The position numbers and the translations under genes were made by a program. Positions 1 to 10,126 of a stretch of 54,270 nt of DNA are shown one piece after another (the first letter of the stretch is position 1; every line of letters begins with the position of its first letter). The stretch is from Paraneptunicella sp. Lineage in GTDB: Bacteria > Pseudomonadota > Gammaproteobacteria > Enterobacterales > Alteromonadaceae. The notes beneath the pieces are model-generated. The model was given only the letters and a program-made list of their open reading frames with translations. It was not told the origin of the DNA and made no database searches. Location: contig CAXRCC010000102.1 in assembly GCA_964228975.1 (NCBI GenBank), positions 1 to 54,270 of the forward strand. The letters run 5' to 3'.

Positions 1-17
1 CGTGTGCTCGTCCGATC
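1..17 (+). other. Probable Illumina TruSeq adapter remnant at contig end (assembly artefact)
   Basis: CGTGTGCTCGTCCGATC matches adapter CGTGTGCTCTTCCGATC at 16/17 positions. The FliI translation departs from the expected 'PLDVGVRAIN' at exactly this point. Confidence 0.85.
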
Positions 18-455
18 GACACCAACGTCTAGCGGCTGCGCAATAGGTTTTCGAATCAATGGGTTCATCGGAGGACGAGTTAACGGCATTCGTTTATTGG
101 TATGGATAGCGCCAAGTCCATCAAGCGGTTGACCATTTCCATCAACCACCCTCCCAAGCAGCTCCATACCAACAGGAATACCACTTTCTCTATTTAACGG
201 CATCACACGGGAACCAGGAACAATCCCCTTCACCGCTTCAGTAGGCATAAGGTAAGTAACGGCATCTGCAAAGCCAACCACTTCAGCTTCAATTTCACCG
301 TCAATAGTTTGTACCAAGCACTGACTACCAACAGGAAGTTGGCACCCAACCGCTTCAAGCGTTAAACCAACACCCCGGACGAGTTTTCCCGAGGCAACGG
401 CTCTTGTTTGTGGAATTTGTGTTTGGAGCGCTTTTACTTTTTCTAAAAAATCCAT
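18..455 (-). CDS. fliI: Flagellar export ATPase FliI, N-terminal part (truncated by contig edge)
   Basis: Manual translation from ATG at 455: MDFLEKVKALQTQIPQTRAVASGKLVRGVGLTLEAVGC...EAEVVGF...GMELLGRVVDGNGQPLDG...PLDVGV. Lies directly downstream of fliH. Confidence 0.93.
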
Positions 456-502
456 ACCGATTCAATGTGTAAGTAAATTGCGTCAAAACAATGACAAATG
501 GT

Positions 503-1300
503 TTAATCACCCGACGCAACTTCAGACGATAATCCTTGCTCATGCAAGAACTTGTCCAACACGTCACGGCAACGACGTTCAATAGTTAAATCAACAGCAT
601 TATTTTCAGTTGAGATGTCACAACCACCGCGCGTTAATTCAGGCGCTTCAATTAAAATCCAGTTGTGGCGTTCAAGATCTTCCGGTGAATATTGCGCTTT
701 GATTAGTGCAATATCATCGGGATTCATACGAATTTGATAAGACTTTTCCCCAATCGGCAGGACTTTCAAACCCTCTGCCAAGGCCTGAAAAATCACTTCT
801 GGGTTTGTTGACACTTCTTGCTTAATAACCGCTCTGGCTAGGCCAACAGAAAGCGCAACCAGTTCTTTTTGCAATACTTGCTGTACAGCATCAACAGGCG
901 TATGCAGTTGCTGCATTAACTGCTGCCAAACGGCAGCTTGCTCTTGAATAACGGCCTCTCCCGATTGCAACCCTTCTTGGTGTCCGGCTTGCACACCTTG
1001 CTCGTGGCCTTCTGCTTGCCCTTTTTCAAAGCCTTCTTGATGCCCTAATTGCGTACCTTCTTGCTTGCCTTGTTCGAAACCTTCTTCATACGCGTTTTGT
1101 CTGATAGCTTCAATTTCTTCTAACGTAGGAGGAAGGATTTCTTCTTCTACCTCAGGAGGTTCGTATTTCCATTCACTGGTTCTGCCAAATGCATTAGTCA
1201 CGCCTTCTTCTTTTTTGGCGTCATCAATAATCGGTAATTCCCACGCTTTGGCATCTTCTGCAAGTACTTCTGTTAATGTTTCGTCATTAATCATCGTCAT
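503..1300 (-). CDS. fliH: Flagellar assembly protein FliH
   Basis: GxxxG repeats (AYEEGFEQGKQEG...), C-terminal 'MNPDD...RGGCDI'; lies between fliG and fliI. Confidence 0.95.
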   Translation of the reverse strand: MTMINDETLTEVLAEDAKAWELPIIDDAKKEEGVTNAFGRTSEWKYEPPEVEEEILPPTLEEIEAIRQNAYEEGFEQGKQEGTQLGHQEGFEKGQAEGHEQGVQAGHQEGLQSGEAVIQEQAAVWQQLMQQLHTPVDAVQQVLQKELVALSVGLARAVIKQEVSTNPEVIFQALAEGLKVLPIGEKSYQIRMNPDDIALIKAQYSPEDLERHNWILIEAPELTRGGCDISTENNAVDLTIERRCRDVLDKFLHEQGLSSEVASGD

Positions 1301-1314
1301 GTCTCAATGAATGC

Positions 1315-2382
1315 TTATAGGAATTCTTCGCCGCCACCGCCGCCAAGCATAATCTCACCGGCATCAGCCAAGCGACGCGCAATAGACAGGATTTCTTTTT
1401 GAGCAGTTTCAACTTCACTCACACGCACAGGGCCAAGCGCATCCAAATCGTCCATCAGCATTTCTGCTGCACGTTTTGACATATTTCCTGCAATTTTATC
1501 TTTAAGCTCGTCTTCTGCGCCTTTAATAGCTTTAATCAACACATCTTGCTGAACTTCGCGCAAAATAGCCTGCATGGCTCGGTCATCCACATCAACCAAG
1601 TTGTCGAAGACAAACATAAGATCTTGAATTTGCTGACTCATTTCTTCGTCTTGCTCACGGATAGCATCCATCAGCTGACCTTCAATGTTGGTATCGAGAT
1701 AGTTCATGATTTCTGCTGCTGACTTCAAGCCGCCCATCTTCGCCGCTTGTGTACCCGCCTGACCTGCGAACTGTTTCTCCATGATTTCGTTCAATTCTTG
1801 CAGTGCCGCTGGCTGAACTTCTTCTAAGTTCGCAATACGCATCATTAGGTCTAAACGCACTTTCTCCGGGAATTGCGCCAAAATCTCGGCAGATTGTTCT
1901 GCTTCTAAGTAAGCCAGTACAATAGTTTGGATTTGAGGGTGTTCGTTTCGGATAATACCCGCAACCTGCTTTGAATCCATCCACTTCAATGAATCCAGAC
2001 CTTTTGCTCCACCGCCAACCAAAATTTGGTCGATGAGGTTTGCTGCCTTATCTTCACCTAATGCCGCTGTAAGGGCTTTTTTCACAAAGTCGTGGCTATG
2101 GAAACCAATGGTGCTGTAATTTTGAATTTCTTCAATGAAGTGCTTATGCACCGCTGTAATTTTAGGCTGGGTCATTTCATCCATGGTCGCCATGGCTTGA
2201 CCCAGTTTTTGAACCTGCTTTGGTTCAAGGTGTTTCAAAATCTGTGCGGCATCTTCTTCCGATAAACTCAGCAAAAGAATCGCTGCCTTTTCTACACCTT
2301 CCAACTTACCTACATCGTAAGTTGGTGCGGCATCCATAATACCGCCGCCTTCTTGTTCTACATTTGCTAATTCAGTTGCCAT
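1315..2382 (-). CDS. fliG: Flagellar motor switch protein FliG
   Basis: KAAILLLSL, EHPQ, MFVFDNL, NMSKRAA motifs. Confidence 0.98.
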   Translation of the reverse strand: MATELANVEQEGGGIMDAAPTYDVGKLEGVEKAAILLLSLSEEDAAQILKHLEPKQVQKLGQAMATMDEMTQPKITAVHKHFIEEIQNYSTIGFHSHDFVKKALTAALGEDKAANLIDQILVGGGAKGLDSLKWMDSKQVAGIIRNEHPQIQTIVLAYLEAEQSAEILAQFPEKVRLDLMMRIANLEEVQPAALQELNEIMEKQFAGQAGTQAAKMGGLKSAAEIMNYLDTNIEGQLMDAIREQDEEMSQQIQDLMFVFDNLVDVDDRAMQAILREVQQDVLIKAIKGAEDELKDKIAGNMSKRAAEMLMDDLDALGPVRVSEVETAQKEILSIARRLADAGEIMLGGGGGEEFL

Positions 2383-2384
2383 GG

Positions 2385-4088
2385 TTATTCATCCATCATT
2401 AGCCAGCCACGCACAACCTGAGCAGATAACTCGGGTTCGTTTGCAACCAGTGCGCGAACTACTTTCAATACGTCTTCGTCTTTATGTAAATCAGGTAGCA
2501 TGAGTGAACCATCTGGAGAGAATCCTACCTGCCCTTCATCAAACTCTTGAGAAAGCATGCTGATTGTCTCATCACCCAAGTCTAAGCCTTCATCAACACC
2601 ATACTCATCTGCTTCTGTTGTATCTTCAGGGTAAATCAAGCGTTTCAGCATAGGTCGTACGATAAATAGCATCAATACAATGATTACCATACCACCAACA
2701 ACCAGCTTAAGCGCCTTCATAAACCAAGGCTGTTCCCAAATTTCTAACTTCTCCATTGCGCCATCATCAACACGGCTAAATGGAATACTCACGACTTCAA
2801 GAGAATCGCCACGCGTAACATCAAAGCCAATTCCGCCTTGTAGTAAACGACGTAGACTCAGTAACTCTTCCTGCGAACGGGGGTCGCTAACTCTATTGCC
2901 CTCTGCATCGGTAGAATGTAAATAATCAACGGCAACAGAAACGCTCAAGCGACGAATCACACCCGTTTGTTGTTTAGTATGGCTGATAGTCGTATCAAGT
3001 TCATAGTTTCGCGTTGCTTCTTTACGAGATGAGCCTGGCGTTGAGCGTGTTTGGTTTGAACCTGTCGCTTGCTGGGGGATCTCTGCATCAAGAGGAGGCT
3101 GATTGGTTAATGCACCTGGAATTCCCGCAACAACACTACCAATGGTGTTATTTTCCATGGTCATTTCACTGCGAACAGCAGGTAAATCAGGGTTGTAGCG
3201 TTTTTGTGTTTGCTCAACCGACGTGAAGTCCATTGTCACGTCAACCTGAGCCGTATAATTTTCAAGGCCTAAAACAGGAATCAGAATCGAGTCAATCTTT
3301 TCCATATATTCACGTTCACGCTGTTTTTCAATCTCATATTCTTTACGAGAACGCGCAGATAATGAATCTTGTGAACCAGAGTTAAGCAAACGACCGTTGC
3401 TATCTGTTACTGTCACTCTGTCAGGCTCTAAGCCTTGTACCGCAGAAGCAACAATATCAACGACAGAGTCCACTTCTTCACCTGAAAGCATTGAGCCACG
3501 TTTCATCGTGACAACCACGGTTGCACTGCCTTTTTTCTCGCGACGCGCAAATACGTTTTCTTTAGGCAGAGCAAGCAAGACTTTAGCTTTTTGAACCGAA
3601 GACATGTCTTCAATTGTGCGCGCGATTTGCTGTTCTCTTGCGTGCTTCAGTCTTTCTTTTTCAACGCGCTGACTTACCCCAAAGCCCATATCTTGAAGGA
3701 TGATGTCTTCACCGGCTGTTGGGTCTTGGCTAATACCTGAACGGGTTAAGTCTAATTTGATATCACGATATTGTTCTTCGTTTACATATATCGTGTTGCC
3801 TTCAAGGCGATATTCGATTTGAGCTTGATCTAAATAATCGAGTGTTTCAATTAACTCTTCTGTTGGCATTTTCGCAAGTGGGCGAAAATCGGGCTCTTGC
3901 GCCCAAACAATGATGAATATGGCAATAGCAACACAGATAACCAAGGCTATTACCAGTACAATTTGGCGCATCATATCGACGCTGCCTAAGGCTTCCATGA
4001 AACCCGATTTTTGTTCTGTGTTTAGCTCACTATCAGCGGCTTCATTACCGTTTGTTAGTGCTAACTCTGTACCTGTTGCATCAGCCAT
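2385..4088 (-). CDS. fliF: Flagellar M-ring protein FliF
   Basis: Two TM segments; 'IVASAVQGL...VTVTDSNGRLL' and 'TRNYELDTTISH...RLSVSVAVD' motifs. Confidence 0.97.
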   Translation of the reverse strand: MADATGTELALTNGNEAADSELNTEQKSGFMEALGSVDMMRQIVLVIALVICVAIAIFIIVWAQEPDFRPLAKMPTEELIETLDYLDQAQIEYRLEGNTIYVNEEQYRDIKLDLTRSGISQDPTAGEDIILQDMGFGVSQRVEKERLKHAREQQIARTIEDMSSVQKAKVLLALPKENVFARREKKGSATVVVTMKRGSMLSGEEVDSVVDIVASAVQGLEPDRVTVTDSNGRLLNSGSQDSLSARSRKEYEIEKQREREYMEKIDSILIPVLGLENYTAQVDVTMDFTSVEQTQKRYNPDLPAVRSEMTMENNTIGSVVAGIPGALTNQPPLDAEIPQQATGSNQTRSTPGSSRKEATRNYELDTTISHTKQQTGVIRRLSVSVAVDYLHSTDAEGNRVSDPRSQEELLSLRRLLQGGIGFDVTRGDSLEVVSIPFSRVDDGAMEKLEIWEQPWFMKALKLVVGGMVIIVLMLFIVRPMLKRLIYPEDTTEADEYGVDEGLDLGDETISMLSQEFDEGQVGFSPDGSLMLPDLHKDEDVLKVVRALVANEPELSAQVVRGWLMMDE

Positions 4089-4098
4089 GACTCACCCC

Positions 4099-4431
4099 TT
4101 ACACCGACATATTCATAATTTGTTTGTAGGCTTCCATGACCTTGTTTCTTACTTGAACTGTCGCCTCGAACGCAATACCAGATTTCTCTTTTGCAACCAT
4201 TACATCTGCAAGGCTCAAATTCGGATCACCCATCTCAAAAGCTTTAACTTGTGATTTTGCATGAAGCTGCATGCTGTTAACACCATTAATTGCGTCACTG
4301 AGCATATTAGCGAAGTTTTCTTTTGAATTTGAAGGATTAGTTTGAATAGATGGGATTTCAGGCATGCCAATCTTGGCTTGCGTCGCCATTGATTGCATTT
4401 CACTAAATAAAGCTTGTGCTTTGATATCCAT
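4099..4431 (-). CDS. fliE: Flagellar hook-basal body protein FliE
   Basis: C-terminal 'LADVMVAKEKSGIAFEATVQVRNKVMEAYKQIMNMSV'. Start moved to ATG 4431, which follows a GAGGAG RBS. Confidence 0.96.
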   Translation of the reverse strand: MDIKAQALFSEMQSMATQAKIGMPEIPSIQTNPSNSKENFANMLSDAINGVNSMQLHAKSQVKAFEMGDPNLSLADVMVAKEKSGIAFEATVQVRNKVMEAYKQIMNMSV

Positions 4432-4500
4432 CGTTCTCCCCTCCTCAGGGTGACTTTTAATTGACACACGATCAATTAGTTAACTGTTGATGAATATAAA

Positions 4501-4516
4501 GCAAGTGACATGCCAA
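4501..4516 (-). promoter_or_regulatory. Sigma-54 (-24/-12) promoter of the fliE operon
   Basis: Minus strand TTGGCATGTCACTTGC with exact GG-N10-GC spacing, as expected for an FlrA-dependent operon. Confidence 0.8.
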
Positions 4517-4639
4517 AATTTAACTCTTTAATATCATAGAGTTAAGTCAGATTTTTAGACGTGGGATATTTTGACAGCAAAAAATTGAGTTATTGCACAT
4601 TGTGACATACTCAATTTTTCACTGTTTTGAATGGGATGA

Positions 4640-5989
4640 TTACGCCGGGAACTCAATTCCCATTTCGCGCATTTTTGCAAGCTTATATCTCAGTGTTCTT
4701 GGGCTAATACCCAGCTTTTCTGCTACTTGTTTACGGCTGCCATTACAAGAAACCAAAGTATCGAGAATAATTTGATGCTCTTGCTGTCTTAACTCACTGC
4801 CCAATGCACCCGCTGAAGGCGCTTCTGGTACCTTTTCAACCGGAATTTGAATAGATTCAGGCGGCGTATTATCAAGCATTAAATCTGATACTTCGATTTG
4901 TGTGCCATTACAAAGGATTAAGGCTCTTTGAATCAGGTTTTCTAACTCTCTTACATTGCCAGGCCACAAATGTTGTGAAAGTTTATTTCTCGCAGAAGCT
5001 GACAGCGTAGGAATGGCCAACCCTTGCTGCTGGGCATGCCTTTCTAAAAGGTGCTCAGCCAAAGGCACAATGTCGTCAGGTCTTTGACACAAAGGCAACC
5101 AAGTAAGCGGGAACACATTCAAACGATAATAAAGATCTTCTCTAAATACACCTTCTTGCACTGCTTGGCGCAAATCTCGGTTACTCGTTGCAACCACTCG
5201 AACATCTAAACTAATGGTTTTGCGACCACCCAAGCGTTCAACTTCCCTTTCTTGTAATACGCGTAACAGCTTCGCCTGTAACGCTAAATCCATTTCAGTG
5301 ATTTCATCTAACAATATTGTGCCACACTGTGCTTGCTCGAACTTTCCTGGGCAAGCTTGTAGTGCGCCTGTAAAAGCGCCTTTCTCATAGCCAAATAATG
5401 TGGCTTCTAGCATATTTTCTGGAATCGCGGCACAATTGATAGCGACAAATGGATGCTCGTGCCTTTGAGACTGGTCATGAATGTAACGCGCCAATACCTC
5501 TTTACCTGAACCACTTGGTCCAAGAACCATCACTGTTGCATCTGTATTAGCGACTTTTTGTGCTAATTGTAATAGCTGTTTACTGCTCGCATCACCAACA
5601 ATAGGTGTTCTCGCTTCTACTTTTTGAGAAGGCGCATACTTTGCCACAATATTCAGCAGTGCATCCGGTGAAAACGGCTTCGCAAGATAATCTGTTGCTC
5701 CATCTCGCATAGCTTGCACTGCATCATCAATCGTTGCGTAAGCAGTCATAAGCAACATCGGCATGTTGGGAAACTTGCTTTTGATGCTGCGAAGTAGGTT
5801 AAGCCCAGTAAGACCACCTAATTGAATATCACTGATGACAATATCCACAGCTTGATGCGAAATCTGCGCTAAGGCTGATTCTGCGCTATCGCAAGCAACA
5901 ACATGGTATCCCCCTAAAAGAAGTGTATCGGTTAACGCTTCTCTTAAACCGGGATCATCTTCAACCAACATGACATTTGCTTTTAACAT
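4640..5989 (-). CDS. flrC: Sigma-54-dependent response regulator FlrC/FleR
   Basis: REC domain, AAA+ (GPSGSGKE, GAFTGA) and C-terminal Fis-type HTH (LGISPRTLRYKL). Confidence 0.95.
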   Translation of the reverse strand: MLKANVMLVEDDPGLREALTDTLLLGGYHVVACDSAESALAQISHQAVDIVISDIQLGGLTGLNLLRSIKSKFPNMPMLLMTAYATIDDAVQAMRDGATDYLAKPFSPDALLNIVAKYAPSQKVEARTPIVGDASSKQLLQLAQKVANTDATVMVLGPSGSGKEVLARYIHDQSQRHEHPFVAINCAAIPENMLEATLFGYEKGAFTGALQACPGKFEQAQCGTILLDEITEMDLALQAKLLRVLQEREVERLGGRKTISLDVRVVATSNRDLRQAVQEGVFREDLYYRLNVFPLTWLPLCQRPDDIVPLAEHLLERHAQQQGLAIPTLSASARNKLSQHLWPGNVRELENLIQRALILCNGTQIEVSDLMLDNTPPESIQIPVEKVPEAPSAGALGSELRQQEHQIILDTLVSCNGSRKQVAEKLGISPRTLRYKLAKMREMGIEFPA

Positions 5990-5992
5990 GAC

Positions 5993-7177
5993 TTATTTCC
6001 CCGCAACCAAAGCACTAGGTTCAAATGATGCCTTTTTGCTAAAGTGCTCTTCACACACTCGACAAATCGGTAAACGCATTCCAATTCTCGCTCCACCTTC
6101 TGGTAAGTTAGACACGAATACTTCACCCTTATGTGCTTGTGCAACAGACTTCACTACTGCCAAACCTAAACCCGTTCCTTGAGATCGCGTTGTGAAAAAA
6201 GGTTCAAATATTTGTTCCATCATTTCCTTAGGAATACCTGGGCCACCATCAGAAATAATCACTTCCACCATGTCGGCATTTTCTTCACAACGTTTAGCAA
6301 GAAACGATACAGGCTTATCCGCTGGGGAAAACTGTAAACTGTTGTGAATTAAATTCTGAAACGCACTGGCTAATGCCGTTTTGTTTCCTAAGATAATCAA
6401 ATCAGGCTCTGGTACATTAATCGTCAGCTTACACCCTTTGGCGATAAGCATCGCTTCCGCACCTTCATGAATTTCGGTCATTAAGGAACGTAACGAAAGT
6501 TCCGATACCACCTGCTCTTCGCCACTTTTGGCAAACATCAGCATATCGTTAATCTGACTTTCCAAGTCTTTCAAACGCGATTGCAACTTATGACAAAATT
6601 GCTCTCTTGATTCGTCTGAAATAGTAGGATTCAATAAATTTGCCGCATAAAGAGTGGCGGCGGAAAGGGGTGTTCTCAATTGATGAGCAAGGGAAGCCAC
6701 CATTTTTCCTAACGCAGACAAACGCTGCATATGTCCCACTCGCTGCTGAAGCAGACGAGTCTCGGTTAGGTCAGTCATTAGTACTAGTTGACCCGGTTCT
6801 TCCAAGAGCGGAGAAATCGACAACTTAACACGACGACCGTCACTCAATGAAATCTCATGACCATCATCTTGTCTTGGCCTAAACGAGCGCGCAATGATAG
6901 TTCTCCACAGTTGCCCTTCGAGTGGCTCTCCAAGCATGTCTTTCGCCACTGCATTCGCTTGACGCACATACCCTTCGGCATCAATGATGACAACACCTGC
7001 TGGCATAACATCCAAAATATGACTCATACTTTTAGATGAAGTTAGCACTTCTTCATTATCTGTTTCTTTTTGTAAAACATCGGCAGGCATTGATTCTGCT
7101 GCTGCACAAGCCATTGCAACTTGCGTTGCATCTGAATGGTACTTTACTGCTGATGTTTGCAGACCTGAATACTGCAT
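5993..7177 (-). CDS. flrB: PAS sensor histidine kinase FlrB/FleS
   Basis: PAS-like region, H-box AHQLRTPL, N/G boxes (DGGPGI, GTGLGL). ATG 7177 follows GAGG; the ORF track starts at GTG 7183. Confidence 0.94.
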   Translation of the reverse strand: MQYSGLQTSAVKYHSDATQVAMACAAAESMPADVLQKETDNEEVLTSSKSMSHILDVMPAGVVIIDAEGYVRQANAVAKDMLGEPLEGQLWRTIIARSFRPRQDDGHEISLSDGRRVKLSISPLLEEPGQLVLMTDLTETRLLQQRVGHMQRLSALGKMVASLAHQLRTPLSAATLYAANLLNPTISDESREQFCHKLQSRLKDLESQINDMLMFAKSGEEQVVSELSLRSLMTEIHEGAEAMLIAKGCKLTINVPEPDLIILGNKTALASAFQNLIHNSLQFSPADKPVSFLAKRCEENADMVEVIISDGGPGIPKEMMEQIFEPFFTTRSQGTGLGLAVVKSVAQAHKGEVFVSNLPEGGARIGMRLPICRVCEEHFSKKASFEPSALVAGK

Positions 7178-7214
7178 AGTCACCTCGCGTCAAAATAATC
7201 ACGCTAAGACTAAT

Positions 7215-7230
7215 GCATCAAGTGTGCCAA
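7215..7230 (-). promoter_or_regulatory. Sigma-54 promoter of flrBC
   Basis: Minus strand TTGGCACACTTGATGC with GG-N10-GC spacing. Confidence 0.78.
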
Positions 7231-7330
7231 ATATTTTTTCTATAAATTTCAAATAATTGAAGAGTAATTTGAAAAAGTGGAAGGAGTTTAGAAGGTGCCA
7301 TGAAAATGACACCATACAATATTTTTGCGC

Positions 7331-8770
7331 TTAACGACTAATGTCGTACTTACGCATTTTCTCGACTAAAGTGGTTCTACGCATATTCAAAAACTCCGCT
7401 GTACGAGCAACAACCCACTCGTGTTGCTCAAGCGCTTGTTTGATCATGTCCACTTCAAGTGAAGACAAATACTCTTTAAGATTTAAACCATCGCTTGGTA
7501 AGACACCAACACTCGGTTCGGCTGCCGGTTCAGCGATGATTTCATCGGGTTCATCGAAACTAAAGTCCTCACCACTAAATAATGCATTAATGGCATCTCG
7601 TTCTTCTAATTCGTCAGGATACTCTGGCTCGAAGTGACTCACCTCAACATGCTGGTACTTAGGGGGAAGATCCTTAACATCGACAATTTGATTTGGGTAA
7701 AGAATCACAAGCCTTTCTACTAAATTAGCCAGCTCCCTGACATTGCCCGACCAACGGTGCTCCATCAAAGAAGCAATAGACTCTTCAGTAAAGCGTACCC
7801 CTTTGCCTTCTTTGCTCTCGAATCGCGCTACAATCTCTTGTAGCAAGAGAGGAATATCCTCTTTACGTTCACGAAGAGCAGGATTATCAATCGGGAATAC
7901 ATTCAATCGGTAATAAAGGTCTTCACGAAAATCACCTTTATCAATCATGGTTTCTAAATTGCGGTGAGTGGCTGCAATAATACGCACATTACAATCAATC
8001 GGCTTAGTACCGCCGACTCTTTCAAAGGTTCTTTCCTGCAGAACTCGCAAAAGCTTAACTTGCATTTGAAGCGGCATATCACCTATTTCATCAAGAAATA
8101 GCGTTCCACTTTGTGCTAATTCAAATCGACCTTTGCGGGCGGAAACCGCACCTGTGAACGCCCCTTTCTCATGACCAAAAAGTTCACTTTCAAGCAACTC
8201 GCCAGGAATAGCACCACAGTTTACCGGAATAAATGGACCAGACTGGCGATTAGAAAGATAATGAATATTGCTCGCAATCACTTCTTTACCTGTTCCTGAC
8301 TCCCCCAGCACTAACACGTTAGCATCCGTAGGAGCTACTTGCTGAATCATCAATCGAATTTGTTGGATCTCTGAGCTTTTACCCACAAGGTTTTGGAACG
8401 AAGCTTTAGGCTGGTTTTTATCGTTACCCGGTTTCAGGCGCACGTATTCTTGGCAACGATGTATTAACCTTGCTAATTCAGGATACTTGACTGGTTCATG
8501 TAACTCCCCGACCACGTTGGCTAGTTTGCTTTCCAGCTTCACTTCATCATTAACAGCAATGAAAGGTAAACTTGGCGTGGATTTTATAATATCCGCAGAA
8601 GCGTTATTGTCGCCATCGATGATGACCGCTTGAATACCGGGAGTGGATGAAAGAAAAGAGATTGCCTTTTCAGGTGAAACCACACTGCATTCTTCACCAA
8701 TAAACGAACAAACGATTTCTAAGTTTTGGTAGCGCGGTTCTTGCGAACTAATAATTAAAATGTGGCTCAT
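7331..8770 (-). CDS. flrA: Flagellar master regulator FlrA/FleQ (sigma-54 activator)
   Basis: FleQ-type N-domain, [15 protein letters not shown]-terminal '[13 protein letters not shown]'. Confidence 0.96.
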   Translation of the reverse strand: MSHILIISSQEPRYQNLEIVCSFIGEECSVVSPEKAISFLSSTPGIQAVIIDGDNNASADIIKSTPSLPFIAVNDEVKLESKLANVVGELHEPVKYPELARLIHRCQEYVRLKPGNDKNQPKASFQNLVGKSSEIQQIRLMIQQVAPTDANVLVLGESGTGKEVIASNIHYLSNRQSGPFIPVNCGAIPGELLESELFGHEKGAFTGAVSARKGRFELAQSGTLFLDEIGDMPLQMQVKLLRVLQERTFERVGGTKPIDCNVRIIAATHRNLETMIDKGDFREDLYYRLNVFPIDNPALRERKEDIPLLLQEIVARFESKEGKGVRFTEESIASLMEHRWSGNVRELANLVERLVILYPNQIVDVKDLPPKYQHVEVSHFEPEYPDELEERDAINALFSGEDFSFDEPDEIIAEPAAEPSVGVLPSDGLNLKEYLSSLEVDMIKQALEQHEWVVARTAEFLNMRRTTLVEKMRKYDISR

Positions 8771-8921
8771 TACAAAAAAAGGTTATGTTTCGTGCGTTTA
8801 TCGATAGTTTGCTGGGATTTTGACAGGTTTGCAAGGAAGAATTGCGATAAAACGTCATTAATTTGACAACGCACTAAAAGCCGATAGTTTTTACCTAGGA
8901 TAGATTATTCAAAGGATAGAA

Positions 8922-8959
8922 ATAGAAAACGTCACACCAATTCAAAATTAGTGTGACGT
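8922..8959 (-). terminator. Intrinsic terminator downstream of the flagellin-like gene
   Basis: Minus strand ACGTCACACTAATT-TTG-AATTGGTGTGACGT followed by TTTCTAT. Confidence 0.7.
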
Positions 8960-8996
8960 ATCGAGTAAAGAGGAAAAACGCTTGGGGAAGTTTACG

Positions 8997-9797
8997 CTAG
9001 CCAAGTAGGCTAAGTACCTGCCCTTGACGTTGATTAGCCTGCGCTTGAACCGCAATTGAAGACTGGCTTAAAATATTATTTGCCGCTTGCTCAGCTGTTG
9101 CTTGAGCAAAATCAGTATCACCAATTCGGCTATTTGCTGCAGCAACATTTTCCTGTGTCTGCGCTAAATTTCTCGCGGCACTTTCAAATTGGTTTTGCAC
9201 GGCGCCAAGCTCGGCTCTCGCGCCGCCAACCGTTTCAAGCGCGCCATCGGCAACAGAGATTGCATCTTGTGCCCCCTGAGCCGTTGACACATTGACATTC
9301 AAAATACCATCTAAACTCGATGCAAAGTCTTGGGTATTAACACCGATATTCTGCCCCGCATTAGCGCCCACTTGGAAATTCAGCGTGCCTTCGCTTTGAA
9401 GTAGCGGCTTACCACCAAACTCTGTTTGCTCGATAGTTTGTTGAATATTACTTTGTAACTGAGAAATTTCAGATTGAATCGCATCGCGATCTGACTGGTT
9501 TAAGATACCGTTACCCGCTTGAATCGACAACTCTCGAATACGGCTAACATCATTATTAATCCCAGAAAGGCCACCCTCTGCTACCTGAGCTAAAGAAGCG
9601 CCATCAAATGAATTTCTTACTGCCTGACCAAGGCCGTTTTCTTGCGCTGTTAGTCGATCAATAATTTGTTGTGCCGCTGCACCATCAGCCGCACTGTTAA
9701 TTCTTTTTCCCGATGCAAGGCGCTCAAACAGCGTGTCTTGCTTGTTTTGCACTTGCTGCAAAATGGACGAATTATTTTTCGTATCTAGATTTATCAT
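8997..9797 (-). CDS. Short flagellin-family protein (266 aa, essentially D0/D1 only)
   Basis: ERLASGKRINSAAD, RIRELSIQ, FQVGANAGQ, RAELGAVQNQF, SRIGDTDFA, QANQ..VLSLLG. ATG 9797 follows GAGGGG. Confidence 0.92.
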   Translation of the reverse strand: MINLDTKNNSSILQQVQNKQDTLFERLASGKRINSAADGAAAQQIIDRLTAQENGLGQAVRNSFDGASLAQVAEGGLSGINNDVSRIRELSIQAGNGILNQSDRDAIQSEISQLQSNIQQTIEQTEFGGKPLLQSEGTLNFQVGANAGQNIGVNTQDFASSLDGILNVNVSTAQGAQDAISVADGALETVGGARAELGAVQNQFESAARNLAQTQENVAAANSRIGDTDFAQATAEQAANNILSQSSIAVQAQANQRQGQVLSLLG

Positions 9798-10126
9798 CTT
9801 ATACCCCCTCTTATACCTCACTTTGGAGTATAGCAAAGGCATGTACAAATAGTAACCACCATTGGTTATCGCTGATAATACCAAACTATAGTTAAGTATT
9901 AGCGACTTGAAACGCTACCCAAAAAGCCATATTCAAGCTATTATCAGGAAATAAAATTATCCGTAGTATCTTTCCTTGGTTCTGTGCGTAGTTTTTGAAA
10001 TCTTTAAAGATACTTCTATTCTTAAACCTATAATTAAAAGTGCTAACTTTTCCAGCAAAGAATGGAGTAACAAGCTGAATGAATTTCCGAAGCGGTGAAC
10101 GAAGTGCCTCTTCCATTTCAAAAGAA

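Noticed and set aside
355-582. 75-aa minus-strand ORF over the fliH/fliI junction, and the other short ORFs (60-135 aa) overlapping named genes
   Set aside because: Alternative-frame or antisense shadows of well-supported genes; the real gene here is fliI from 455.
960-1100. 12-bp periodicity in fliH
   Set aside because: Explained by the known GxxxG repeats of FliH.
9866-9893. Sigma-28-like motif upstream of the flagellin-like gene (CTATAG-N12-AGCGATAA, minus strand)
   Set aside because: The spacer is 2 nt short and both boxes are mismatched; too weak to call.
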